Positions 8,914 to 18,194 of a stretch of 64,000 bases of DNA are shown here, one piece after another. Where the stretch lies: positions 5,461 to 69,460 of the IMG/VR virus record IMGVR_UViG_3300045391_004370. The stretch is one strand, 5' to 3'. The stretch is from a virus (Duplodnaviria; Caudoviricetes). Each line of letters begins with the position of its first letter. The first letter of the stretch is position 1. Below the pieces are notes generated by a model that saw only the letters and a program-made list of their open reading frames with translations, was not told where the DNA came from and did no database searches. The position numbers and the translations under genes were made by a program.

Positions 8914-9477
8914 ATGCATATCAGCCGACACCAGTTCGAAGAGATCGTTCACGCTATGATGCGTGACTATGTCGAAGAATGGCGTATGAAGCGCCAAATC
9001 AAACACCTGCGGGAAACTATCCACAGGTTATGGGATGCCTACCAGCTTGCCCTTGCTGAACGTGGTAGGTCACATCTCTTTGTCTTCCTGTTCAGCAAGG
9101 ATGGAAACGACCTCATGTCCGACAAGACACTACATACCGACGAAAGCGGGTTCAACTACGCCTTGAAAGCCGTCGACAAAGCGGGCGCCGACGAGCCTGT
9201 GACGGATATCCGCATCGACAATTCCAATCCCGATGTGCTCATCGTCACACCGAATACCGACGATCCGATGAAGGGCCAGATCACTTTGGCTTCCCCTCTT
9301 CCGGATGGATTGGTTCTTCCGATCGATGTGACCATCACCTGGACGGCCGAAGGCGATCCGGTACCTGGTGTCGACACGCTGCGTGTCAATCGCATCATTA
9401 CCGTCGCGCATGCGGAAGCTGCTGTTCTGGACGTCGATCTGTCGCCGATCACTCCTCCGGCGCCTGCAGGCCAGTAA
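8914..9477 (+). CDS. hypothetical protein with beta-rich, Ig-like C-terminal domain; possible internal start at 9115
   Basis: GGAGGA RBS before ATG 8914. Second RBS-like AAGGATGG before in-frame ATG 9115. Acidic beta-strand pattern in the C-terminal part. Confidence 0.55.
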   Translation: MHISRHQFEEIVHAMMRDYVEEWRMKRQIKHLRETIHRLWDAYQLALAERGRSHLFVFLFSKDGNDLMSDKTLHTDESGFNYALKAVDKAGADEPVTDIRIDNSNPDVLIVTPNTDDPMKGQITLASPLPDGLVLPIDVTITWTAEGDPVPGVDTLRVNRIITVAHAEAAVLDVDLSPITPPAPAGQ

Positions 9478-9507
9478 GCGCACACGACAGCGCATAAATA
9501 GTCTAGT

Positions 9508-9545
9508 AAGAAGCCTCCACCGATCAAAGTGGAGGCTTCTTTTTG
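9508..9545. terminator. Rho-independent terminator, likely bidirectional, at the convergence of the + and - gene blocks
   Basis: 13-bp stem AAGAAGCCTCCAC / GTGGAGGCTTCTT, 8-nt loop, followed by a T-run. Confidence 0.85.
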
Positions 9546-9546
9546 C

Positions 9547-9882
9547 CTATCGCTGATGCGGGCGACCTGAATTCCTTCCTACCAGGTCGCGTAGGTCTTG
9601 TTCGACTCCGTCGAGTCGTTCCGCAAGCGTGTCAAACCCAGCTTTGATGGTTTCCTTCAAGTCTGTCTTTACCTCCCGAGTGAGGGCGACAGTCGAAAAG
9701 AGTAAGGCGGCTTGCTCCTTATACTGGTAGAAGTCGGCTGATATCTTGTCAAGTCGCCCATGTAATTCTTTTCGACCTTGCGCTCCTGCGTTGTACACAA
9801 CCGCAATAGTCGCGAAGATCGAACCGACAAGGGGCACGCCAATAACGGCGATCCACCATCCAAGGTTAAAGTCCTTATCCAT
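9547..9882 (-). CDS. membrane protein, holin-like (N-terminal TM plus coiled coil)
   Basis: Hydrophobic segment WWIAVIGVPLVGSIFATIAVVY. Last gene of the lysis cassette. Confidence 0.55.
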   Translation of the reverse strand: MDKDFNLGWWIAVIGVPLVGSIFATIAVVYNAGAQGRKELHGRLDKISADFYQYKEQAALLFSTVALTREVKTDLKETIKAGFDTLAERLDGVEQDLRDLVGRNSGRPHQR

Positions 9883-9926
9883 GACACATGTATCCCCTGC
9901 CCTATACGCAACACGGGCTTACAGAG

Positions 9927-10412
9927 TTAGACCATCGCCTGATTACGATCGCCGTCCACTACTTCGATTGTTACCGCTTCCCCGCGCAGCAGAACGTCAC
10001 GCACTTGAGGATACACCAACCGATACGCATCGGTGCTCTTCTGCACACTGTACGATCCCTGAGCATCGAGGTCGGTTGAATACCTCGTACCCAGCAGGAG
10101 GCATCCTTCGGTGTCTTTGGCCCAGTTACCAACGTGGATCAGCACACCGGAATAATTCGGTACATCCTGAAGCTCCAGCATGCCTTTGTGGAACTCCAGG
10201 CCGAAGAGCTGCGAGTACCTCAAGTCCATCCGGCTGGTACCGAACGGCTTCAGATGTACCCCGTACGTTCCTGCAGGGATACGAGTCTCGCCAGGAACCT
10301 TCACTTCATGGTAGGCGTCCTCTAGAGTGAAGCACACTTGCGTGCCATCGATGTAGAGACGCCCGATAGTGCTCTTCTGGTTCGAGAGGAATCTGTCGAC
10401 TTTAAGCTGCAT
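9927..10412 (-). CDS. putative endolysin, DUF5675 / L,D-transpeptidase-like family
   Basis: STIGRL, CFTLED, ETRIPAGTY, LQDVPNYSGVLIHVGN...DTEGCLLLG. Adjacent to spanin genes. Confidence 0.75.
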   Translation of the reverse strand: MQLKVDRFLSNQKSTIGRLYIDGTQVCFTLEDAYHEVKVPGETRIPAGTYGVHLKPFGTSRMDLRYSQLFGLEFHKGMLELQDVPNYSGVLIHVGNWAKDTEGCLLLGTRYSTDLDAQGSYSVQKSTDAYRLVYPQVRDVLLRGEAVTIEVVDGDRNQAMV

Positions 10413-10413
10413 A

Positions 10414-10695
10414 TTACTTCTCCACGATGGCCTTCACTGCCCCTAACTTGTTGGCACAGTCGTTTCTGGCTTCACGCCAACCTTGTGCCCAGTGAGCCAA
10501 CTGAACATCGGTAGTGATATCAGTAGCATCCGGACCGTCAAGACACTTCCAGAGGTCTGCAGGGACTTCCGGCTTGACGACCTTAATGACTGGGACTTCC
10601 ACTATTTTGGTTTCCGGCGGGTCGTCCCATACGCACCCCGTTAAGGTAGGAGAGCACAGTAGGACCAAGCTGGCGAGTATCTTCGGGCTTTGCAT
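10414..10695 (-). CDS. o-spanin (Rz1-like lipoprotein)
   Basis: Signal peptide with lipobox LTGC, Pro-rich mature part, C-terminal Cys. Overlaps the i-spanin 3' end. Confidence 0.75.
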   Translation of the reverse strand: MQSPKILASLVLLCSPTLTGCVWDDPPETKIVEVPVIKVVKPEVPADLWKCLDGPDATDITTDVQLAHWAQGWREARNDCANKLGAVKAIVEK

Positions 10696-11044
10696 TGTCG
10701 AGTACCTTTCTTAGGATTTCATCCGCTTTGGCTTGGGCAGCCTGCGTATCGGCTAGAGCCTTCTGTGCGTCAGCGATTTTTGCATTCGCCTCAGCTTGCG
10801 CCTGATCGCCAGCCAGTTTAAGCGCCGCTGTCGCTTTATTGCACTGATCGACTGCATTGGTCCATTGGTCTTTGTATGCCTGCGCACTTGCATTCGCCTC
10901 CCTGAGCTCCTGAACGTACCCCGTAAAAAGGATAGGGAATCCATGTATGCGGATGAAGAGCATCGCACACAGGAGAATCAGAAGGGCGCTCAACCCAAGA
11001 AGGATGGGAGCTGCCAGTTTGTTCGCGAGCCATGAAGCAATCAT
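10583..11044 (-). CDS. i-spanin (Rz-like)
   Basis: N-terminal TM followed by an Ala/Gln-rich coiled coil. Overlaps the lipoprotein gene. Confidence 0.7.
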   Translation of the reverse strand: MIASWLANKLAAPILLGLSALLILLCAMLFIRIHGFPILFTGYVQELREANASAQAYKDQWTNAVDQCNKATAALKLAGDQAQAEANAKIADAQKALADTQAAQAKADEILRKVLDNAKPEDTRQLGPTVLSYLNGVRMGRPAGNQNSGSPSH

Positions 11045-11340
11045 TGGTCGTTTACCTTCTTCTCGATGTTGATCCTCTTGGCCTCGTTGTAACTCTTATG
11101 CGCGTAGTGAGCCCAAACGATACCGGCGATAGAAGTCACGGAATTTGTCACTGCGCCCGCTGCTGTAGATGCAGTGGAGAGAAAGTCATGAGCAAGTCCA
11201 GCAAATGCGGAGAATGTAGCAGCCCATGCCTGGAGCCTTGTAGGGCTCAGCATGTTCACTTCCGGATCCAACACATTTAGGAAGCGACCGGAACGAACAT
11301 ACCACTTGTCGTCTGCAGGATAGTTGCGAGTGTCAGGCAT
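11041..11340 (-). CDS. holin-like membrane protein
   Basis: Start MPDTRNY. Two hydrophobic segments, basic C-terminus, ATGA overlap with the i-spanin. Confidence 0.5.
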   Translation of the reverse strand: MPDTRNYPADDKWYVRSGRFLNVLDPEVNMLSPTRLQAWAATFSAFAGLAHDFLSTASTAAGAVTNSVTSIAGIVWAHYAHKSYNEAKRINIEKKVNDQ

Positions 11341-11351
11341 GGGTGCACCGA

Positions 11352-11531
11352 TCAGAAGATGAACAGATGAGTCCAGCCGAGTACGAAGCAGACCGCATAT
11401 CCGGCCCACCAGTACTTACGGATGGCATTGGTCACAGGACCGACAGCATCGAATCCGAGGAGCTTGAGGCTCTCCTTCTTCGCGTCCGCGTCGGCGTTCT
11501 CCAACCACTTCTTGACGTCATCAGGTATCAT
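11352..11531 (-). CDS. small membrane protein, C-terminal TM (not in ORF track)
   Basis: Strong AGGAGG RBS. MIPDDVKKWLENADADAKKESLKLLGFDAVGPVTNAIRKYWWAGYAVCFVLGWTHLFIF. Confidence 0.7.
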   Translation of the reverse strand: MIPDDVKKWLENADADAKKESLKLLGFDAVGPVTNAIRKYWWAGYAVCFVLGWTHLFIF

Positions 11532-11543
11532 ATCACACCTCCT

Positions 11544-12551
11544 CTAAAATATGGCTGCACAGGTAATAACGCTATTGGAACCACCACTTCCTCCGGGGGC
11601 GCTAAGACTGAGGGATGGGACCTGTCCAGTCAGGCTCAGTGATGCCTTCGGCGGGATCTTATTAAGCCTGAAGACCATTGACCCTGCATACCCGGTAATC
11701 CCGAGACTACCCGCGCCCGGCGATAATCCCTGACTACCCGCAACCAGCACGGGTGCGTACCCCTGCAGCGCAAGAACCTTCGCTGCAGGGGCGTAATTCT
11801 GCCGGAAAGAAATAGTTGCAGCTTGCCCGCTTAATGCGAGGGAACCAGCAGGCGGAGAGATGTCTCCTCGAGGATATGCAGCCGTCGGGACAGTGAAACC
11901 GCCATCGCTTACATAACGCCCGACGCCGTTCGTAAAGCGCCATTCATCCATATTGCCGTTGAAGTCGAACGACGAGAAGGTAGTGCTGGTACCAATACGA
12001 CCGAGAGTGAGCGCCTTGCTGTTGGTATTGGACGCAACTGCGATAGTGGCTTTAGCCAGCATGACACCGTCGACATAGATGCGTACAACATTGCTTGCAT
12101 CTTTGTCAGCACAAACATGATACCAAGTTCCCGTAGAAGGCGTCCATGTAGCCTGGCAGTCAGAGTCGCTAGCGACGTGCTCTATGCGGAAGCGTAAATT
12201 ACCGCTGGTGAGGTAAAAGAACCAGTTATTCGAGCCCGAACTACCCGCATTATCCCACGCGCCAATAAAGGCTTGGTTAGATACGCCTCCAGAGAATCTG
12301 ACAAAACCTTCGATCGTGAACTGCCCTGGTAAACTGTACAGATTGCTGTCGGCGGCAATTGACAGAAAGTCACCCGAGCCGTCGAATTTGAGCGACGACG
12401 CACCAAACTTTTTCTGACTAGTGTCTAACTGCGCATTACCGTTGAAGGTAATCGTATGTGCAAGACTACTGTCATCCGTCGTTGAGGTAGCAGCATTCGT
12501 ACCGTCAAACGACGATAGAAAAACTACGCTTGACCAGAATGAGTCACTCAT
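11544..12551 (-). CDS. LamG/ConA-like lectin-domain tail protein with four C-terminal 22-aa repeats
   Basis: LamG hallmarks: FTIEGFVRF, TWYHV, RIYVDG, FNGNMDEWRFT. C-terminal P-x3-L-x-L-x-G-Y/Q-A-P-like repeats. Confidence 0.75.
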   Translation of the reverse strand: MSDSFWSSVVFLSSFDGTNAATSTTDDSSLAHTITFNGNAQLDTSQKKFGASSLKFDGSGDFLSIAADSNLYSLPGQFTIEGFVRFSGGVSNQAFIGAWDNAGSSGSNNWFFYLTSGNLRFRIEHVASDSDCQATWTPSTGTWYHVCADKDASNVVRIYVDGVMLAKATIAVASNTNSKALTLGRIGTSTTFSSFDFNGNMDEWRFTNGVGRYVSDGGFTVPTAAYPRGDISPPAGSLALSGQAATISFRQNYAPAAKVLALQGYAPVLVAGSQGLSPGAGSLGITGYAGSMVFRLNKIPPKASLSLTGQVPSLSLSAPGGSGGSNSVITCAAIF

Positions 12552-12568
12552 CCTAAATTCCTTGTGAC

Positions 12569-13006
12569 TTAGCCCTTCAGAGTACCCATGAATGTCATTG
12601 CGATGTCTGCACCAGTCGCATCAGCGCTGGAAGGCGCGGTAGCAGTGAAGATGTCGCCGACGAGGAACGTTACGTCAGACGCAAACGTAACCGTGAAGAC
12701 GCCTGACGTGCTGATAGAGAGGTTGCCGATTGTACTGCCGTTCTTTGCCAACGTGATAGCCAGCGTCGCGGTTGGATTCGTGCCGATTGAGAACTGACTG
12801 CCCGTCAAGCCTGCAGGGAAGAGTACCTTCTTACCAGCTTTGTACGTGAAACGCTGGTTGTTGGCAGGCTTGCCGCTGTAGCAGAAGGGAATCTGCACTG
12901 AAGCGATCAGGTCATTGATTGTCTGCATCGCCGCAGAGAAGATTGCCTCAGGTGCTGAGGGATTGGAATCCATTGTCGGGATACCGAGATCGGTGGGCGT
13001 ACTCAT
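12569..13006 (-). CDS. tail-associated structural protein
   Basis: Beta-rich 145 aa. ATGA overlap with the tail tip gene. Confidence 0.55.
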   Translation of the reverse strand: MSTPTDLGIPTMDSNPSAPEAIFSAAMQTINDLIASVQIPFCYSGKPANNQRFTYKAGKKVLFPAGLTGSQFSIGTNPTATLAITLAKNGSTIGNLSISTSGVFTVTFASDVTFLVGDIFTATAPSSADATGADIAMTFMGTLKG

Positions 13007-16000
13007 GCTGTGGTCTCCTGTCCGTATCCACGTCCATGGATACTATTCATCTGGTAAACGATCATTGTGACTTGACTCTGATGAGAGCCGAAGTCAGCAA
13101 CTTGGTCGGTGCCACTGTAAATAACCCGCGGTATATAAGGATCCGTCGTGACGTCGATGTAACTGTTACCTGAGCTCGGCGTGATCTTGATCGTGCGTAC
13201 GACAGACGCACCGTTATACACGTCGCATTCGAAGGACAGCATCTCCGTACCGAAAGGCGCTAGACGCTGGAACACCTTACCCTGTGTACGCGAACGGAAG
13301 ATGAACGGTGCAGTTAGAGTACCGCCGCCATCACGTGCATAATCCCATTCAGCCCAGATAGGAGCGGGGCAGAGCAAGCGACGACAAGCGTTATCCACTT
13401 GTTCAGGTGCAGGACCTTCCAAGCCATGATCGACGTCTTTGACGTTGTACCACCGTTCCGCACCGATCTCAGGTGCAGTGAAGGTAACGTCCACGCAGAC
13501 CGATTCAGTCATCTGCATAACGTCACCTAAGCTATTGGCGAAGTCCAGTTCCTTCTCAGTACCGAATCTGCCCCAGAGGAAGCCTGTCAACGTGATACTT
13601 CCGTCAAGCGCAACTGCAGACGCGCTTGCATACTGACAGAGCTGACCTCCAAGCCAGATGAGGTTCAAGGAAGGATCTGCCAGGAGCTCGTCTTTGGAGT
13701 GTGAAGCCCATGTACCGATGATTGGCCCTTCCAGCACGATGGAAGTATCCGCATCGAAGACGGTATAAGGCAGCGTGAGCGTAGGCGCGGGATTACCTGC
13801 ACGATAGAAGCCGTAAGCAGGTACTCCTTGAGTCACCACGCCTGTGTCTGCATAAGTCACACCGTCAGCGCTCACTAGGACATCGCAGTTGGCCACACGG
13901 TCGCCGATAGCTGAAGGTGCAGCGCTCAGGTAAAGACCAACGTGGTCATCCTGCGTACGCATCAAAGCAGTGTCAATCACGACGACATACGGTGCGTCAT
14001 ACTTGACAGGCTTCTGCGACTCGAACCAAGACCCATCCGTTGCAGTGATCGTGGCCTGATTGTAATCGTCCGGATCGAATGAACTGTGCTTGCAGTCCAT
14101 CTGCATCGTTGTGGGATTGATATTGCCTTCCTGCATACGCGTCGTGATCAACTGGTTCTTGCGCTGCAGGGTGATAACGTCAGAAGGCTCGTACTTGAGA
14201 TACTTCTGGCTCAACGCGAAGTTGTACTGGTCGCGCTCAGACCAGGTAGCATCCAATGCGATCTGTCCTGCAGTACGCGCTTCGTCGGCAGTAAACACAA
14301 CTGGCAGATTGACGGTAGTACCACTGGCAGAGCTGTTATAGGACGAGTTAGGAAGCCGCGAAGGCTGCGAGCCCTGCGTCAGATCACGTCCGTCATCGTA
14401 GTAGGTAACGTCCACCCACGGAGGCAGCTCCAGCGGATTCTGGTATGTCATCTCGTAGAAGCCACCGCCCTGATCTGCATCGACGACATCATCTTCGTTG
14501 ATCGTCACGACGCTAGAGAGCCCTTTACGCAGGACGCCGGTGAGCTTCCAGTCACGCTCAATGACGTCGAAGAAGTACGCAGGCACCAGCTCGCCTAGGA
14601 ACTCACGGATCGTCTTACGCGAGGAGCAGATGACACCCTTCACGTTGACACTACCGAACGCACTGAAGTCGAAGTCTTCAGTTGTCAGGCCAACACGTGT
14701 GCAGACGTCTTCGCAGACCTGCTGCAACGTATTGTTACCTGCAAGCCTGAAGGTGACAAGTTCCTGCCCTTCATACGTGTACGGACGCACAAAACCGGTA
14801 CCACCATCACCTTCGTCAGGGGCTGCATAATCCGACGTCCCGATGCACAATCCCGTCGACGAATTGATCCAGGTAATCGAACCCGACCAGATGAAGTACG
14901 GTTGGCCTAGCGTGATGCCATAGTCAAACCGTTCCCAGGTACCCAGTCGGAAGTCAACGATATAAGCCCAGCAATCGGTGGGTGCAGGTGCTAATGTTGC
15001 GTCGCCATTGTTCCACAAGAAGAGGTACTGCGACTGAGTTGTCCACTGTCCATACCACCCATTTTCGGTGGTAGCCACGATAAACGGATCGTCCGTGTAC
15101 GGCGGGATAACGACATGCTTCACGTCAGTGAAAGTGACGGGGTCAATATAGATGATAGTGCGCCCCTGTGACTCATCGTCGGGATTTGTGTTATAGGTAA
15201 CGATGAGCCTATCCTGCAGCGGATCGTATCCGATAGCCAGAGCGAACTGTGCAAAGATGCCAGAGCCTACGGGGAACTCTTTCCGATCGAGACGTGTCAA
15301 TGTCGCGTCGGAGTTCACCTGCATCTTGTAGATGAAGGTACCGATATGCAAGAACAAGTTGTCATGCTTATCGAAGACCATGGGAGTAATACCTCCCAGA
15401 TCGTCATATTCATCGAAGCTTGGATCCTGCCACTCAGAGCAGTGATGCACACCGAACGCGGTTCTAGCGTTATGATCCCAATAGCGGACGCTATCCCCTG
15501 CAATGTTGAGCACATGGATGTACGGATAGTTGCTGCCGCCAGTACCACTATCGCTGCTGCCGTGCTGATTACGACCCGTCATGACAAAGATTGTGCCAGC
15601 AGCGTTGCATCCTGAATACCACGGCTTCTCGGTGTATTCGATGCCGGTATAGGTTTCTGCCAGGCTCAAGTCGCTCTTGCTGTACCGTAGGATGTCACAA
15701 GTGGAATAGGTGTTCACGCCATCGGTACCATACAGGTTCACTGCATAGACCCAATTACCAGTCCAGGCAGCAGCCACACCTGCATATCCACCGGCAACCT
15801 CACCACCATACCCGCCGGGCACACTCATAGTAGTGTCCACCCAGCTACTAGGTAGCTCTGCAGTCACAACGACAGAACCGGTAGTAAGGTTGATACCCTT
15901 GATGCTGTAGGAGGCGCCTTCCGTGTCAGTGTCGGGGCTAGTCACCCAAGCCATGTTGGAATACTCGTCGATACGCATGTTCATACGGATCGAGACGGAA

Positions 16001-16623
16001 TAGAAGTGTATGAAGGTAGGGAAGTCGTAATAGTTCGAGATGACGAAGCCAGTCCTATACGGATGGCGCTGAATTGCTACTGCCGTGTTGTCATAACCAC
16101 CGGCAACCGTCTCGAAGTTCAAAACGGGGATGCGCCACGAGAACTTGTGCAGAGGCACGTTTGTCATCGTGATGCAGCCGATGCCGCGATACGCAGGAAC
16201 GCCGCCAACACCCATGACGCTTTCCATCGTGGGGTCGGGCTGCTGATCTTCAGTCCCGGGATAGACCGTCAGACCGATGTCGGGATAGGTATTGATGGCA
16301 TCGCCACCGATACGCGCATCGTAGATGACAATATCGTCAGCCCAGATACGAGTCACACCCTGAATCGGACCCTCGCAGAGACCGAAGAAGAGATCCTGGA
16401 AGTAATGATCGACAGTACCTCCCTTTTCCTTCACTTCCACTAACCTGACATCGCTTCCCCAGAACAGATTGCCTCCAAGGCGCAGATCTCCCTTGACATA
16501 AGGGATCGCGACACCCAGAGCGCTCTGCGTCATTGCAACAGAGTCGAGCGGCTTTGGACCAGGCATTAAGAACCTCATTAGGAGGTTCAAGCCGATGATC
16601 AACAGAAGTGAAAACGGATCCAT
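13003..16623 (-). CDS. Tail tip / central fibre protein (GTA-like megatron, Phage-tail_3-type)
   Basis: GVAIPYVKG, GLCEGPI, RIWAD, DPTME, VPAYRG, RIPVLNFE, YYD..RD..QGSQ, LEPSD-like. Start MDPFS overlaps the upstream stop (TAATG). Confidence 0.85.
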   Translation of the reverse strand: MDPFSLLLIIGLNLLMRFLMPGPKPLDSVAMTQSALGVAIPYVKGDLRLGGNLFWGSDVRLVEVKEKGGTVDHYFQDLFFGLCEGPIQGVTRIWADDIVIYDARIGGDAINTYPDIGLTVYPGTEDQQPDPTMESVMGVGGVPAYRGIGCITMTNVPLHKFSWRIPVLNFETVAGGYDNTAVAIQRHPYRTGFVISNYYDFPTFIHFYSVSIRMNMRIDEYSNMAWVTSPDTDTEGASYSIKGINLTTGSVVVTAELPSSWVDTTMSVPGGYGGEVAGGYAGVAAAWTGNWVYAVNLYGTDGVNTYSTCDILRYSKSDLSLAETYTGIEYTEKPWYSGCNAAGTIFVMTGRNQHGSSDSGTGGSNYPYIHVLNIAGDSVRYWDHNARTAFGVHHCSEWQDPSFDEYDDLGGITPMVFDKHDNLFLHIGTFIYKMQVNSDATLTRLDRKEFPVGSGIFAQFALAIGYDPLQDRLIVTYNTNPDDESQGRTIIYIDPVTFTDVKHVVIPPYTDDPFIVATTENGWYGQWTTQSQYLFLWNNGDATLAPAPTDCWAYIVDFRLGTWERFDYGITLGQPYFIWSGSITWINSSTGLCIGTSDYAAPDEGDGGTGFVRPYTYEGQELVTFRLAGNNTLQQVCEDVCTRVGLTTEDFDFSAFGSVNVKGVICSSRKTIREFLGELVPAYFFDVIERDWKLTGVLRKGLSSVVTINEDDVVDADQGGGFYEMTYQNPLELPPWVDVTYYDDGRDLTQGSQPSRLPNSSYNSSASGTTVNLPVVFTADEARTAGQIALDATWSERDQYNFALSQKYLKYEPSDVITLQRKNQLITTRMQEGNINPTTMQMDCKHSSFDPDDYNQATITATDGSWFESQKPVKYDAPYVVVIDTALMRTQDDHVGLYLSAAPSAIGDRVANCDVLVSADGVTYADTGVVTQGVPAYGFYRAGNPAPTLTLPYTVFDADTSIVLEGPIIGTWASHSKDELLADPSLNLIWLGGQLCQYASASAVALDGSITLTGFLWGRFGTEKELDFANSLGDVMQMTESVCVDVTFTAPEIGAERWYNVKDVDHGLEGPAPEQVDNACRRLLCPAPIWAEWDYARDGGGTLTAPFIFRSRTQGKVFQRLAPFGTEMLSFECDVYNGASVVRTIKITPSSGNSYIDVTTDPYIPRVIYSGTDQVADFGSHQSQVTMIVYQMNSIHGRGYGQETTA

Positions 16624-17057
16624 TATGCTGCCTCTTGTCCGGGGAACCTGAATACCCAACGGAAATGCATGTATGTCTGATTGATCGGTACTTCGGTCAC
16701 ATAGTTCTTATAGCGCGCATAAACCACTTGCAGTGGGGTTTGCTGATTCCCCGGAGTCACGATCCCTAAGTGCACAGTACCCAAACGCTCATGTACCAGA
16801 ACATCGCTGACACGCAAGTCATCAGGTGTCCATACAAGTGCCTTCTTGGACTTGACCATCTGAGCTGTCTTCAGTAGTTCCTTTGCCAACAATGTCGGAG
16901 GCGTCCTACGGCTGTACTGCTTATTGGGATCGAGATCGAAGCCTGCGTCACGGCAAGATGCGATCACGAGTCCGTAGCAGGACATACCACTGCGATCATA
17001 GCCTTCTTCGCGCCAGCAAACTCCTTTGTACGTACGTGCTGCTTCCCAGATGTACAT
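16623..17057 (-). CDS. NlpC/P60-family tail protein
   Basis: ARTYKGV.W...G...GMSCYGL, HLGIV. Position is as in GTA-like tails. Confidence 0.7.
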   Translation of the reverse strand: MYIWEAARTYKGVCWREEGYDRSGMSCYGLVIASCRDAGFDLDPNKQYSRRTPPTLLAKELLKTAQMVKSKKALVWTPDDLRVSDVLVHERLGTVHLGIVTPGNQQTPLQVVYARYKNYVTEVPINQTYMHFRWVFRFPGQEAA

Positions 17058-17062
17058 GACCG

Positions 17063-18190
17063 TTACTTCTTACTACCGTTAGCACTGTGAACACGGAAGA
17101 GGCTATCGGGTCCAGGGACGACAGGCTCTGCACGGAAGTTCTTATAGTTCCCGAGACGTTTGCATACCCCGAAAGATTGGTTGCAACCTTGTACTAAGTT
17201 CAAGGCGTCACCCACCTCAGGCAAGAACGGCATCGGATCTCTCAAGGTGACAAGGTATGTACCACCTGTGTCAGCTGAGAAGGACAGCACGCGCATGCTG
17301 AAGTGGTTAAGCTCACCTCCGGTGAACATCGCCTGGCCGAACGCAAAGAAGCCAGCACCGCTATCGCCACCAGTACCATCGAGCAAATCGCCCAGTAGTC
17401 CTGTTACCTTGAACTGCTTGGTGTTAATAGCCGCTGCCACAGTACAACTCCGGGTGGCTGCACGTACTGCCACCCAGACGACGCTCCCGTCGGAAACAGT
17501 AGCGCCAACAGAAGTAGGCCAAGTAGGCTCACCGCCAGCGCTAGTTCCAGCAGTCTGGACACGATATTGGAATCCATTTTCCGTCGTTGGTTTGACATCG
17601 TTCAGCGCCCCTCCCGGCTCTAGTGCATATGCAGTCGAAGGTGTCCAGGTAGGCGGATTAATTGGGTAACGGCACCCCGAGCTAGGACCCCTACCAGTTG
17701 CACCGAATTGCGACCTGCAAGTCGTTGTAACAAGCGCGCACATATTCATCGCAAGGTATTGAGCGAAGCTCCGGAACTCAGATGTGAAGGTGAGTCCCTT
17801 CTTCTTGATCTGCCCCATTGTACCACGCGTCATCTTCAACGGCCCCTGAGAGGGCGTCTTCCAGTTGATGAAGAAGGTATAAATGACAGCAGAGTCGTAA
17901 ATGCGCGAGACTACGTCGAGCTCCGGAATGTCATTGTCAATGAAGAAACCTTGCGAGTCAAGGTTATTGACCGACATATCGGACTTGATCTGGATGGCGT
18001 TCGGCGCTCCCATGCTACCGTTATTGTACGTGCCATCGATAAGCGGATCGCCTAGGTCAAGACGGATCGGTCTGTCGTGGTTCGTGTACCGCTTGATGAC
18101 TGCATCCTGACGCTTGACAATCCAGCAGTAGGCGATCGTCGTTAGACCGCCTTGCAGGTGCGTATCAAGATCGCCACTAATCGTGCGCAT
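17063..18190 (-). CDS. Baseplate hub protein (DUF2163 / GTA gp13-like) with inserted carbohydrate-binding-like segment
   Basis: TTIAYCWIVKRQD, YTNHDRPI, CRSQFG, GCNQSFGVCK..GNYKNFRAEPVVPG. Confidence 0.85.
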   Translation of the reverse strand: MRTISGDLDTHLQGGLTTIAYCWIVKRQDAVIKRYTNHDRPIRLDLGDPLIDGTYNNGSMGAPNAIQIKSDMSVNNLDSQGFFIDNDIPELDVVSRIYDSAVIYTFFINWKTPSQGPLKMTRGTMGQIKKKGLTFTSEFRSFAQYLAMNMCALVTTTCRSQFGATGRGPSSGCRYPINPPTWTPSTAYALEPGGALNDVKPTTENGFQYRVQTAGTSAGGEPTWPTSVGATVSDGSVVWVAVRAATRSCTVAAAINTKQFKVTGLLGDLLDGTGGDSGAGFFAFGQAMFTGGELNHFSMRVLSFSADTGGTYLVTLRDPMPFLPEVGDALNLVQGCNQSFGVCKRLGNYKNFRAEPVVPGPDSLFRVHSANGSKK

Positions 18191-18194
18191 TAAA

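Noticed and set aside
11343-11642. + strand ORF in the lysis region
   Set aside because: The minus-strand ORF 11352-11531 has a strong RBS and fits the operon better.
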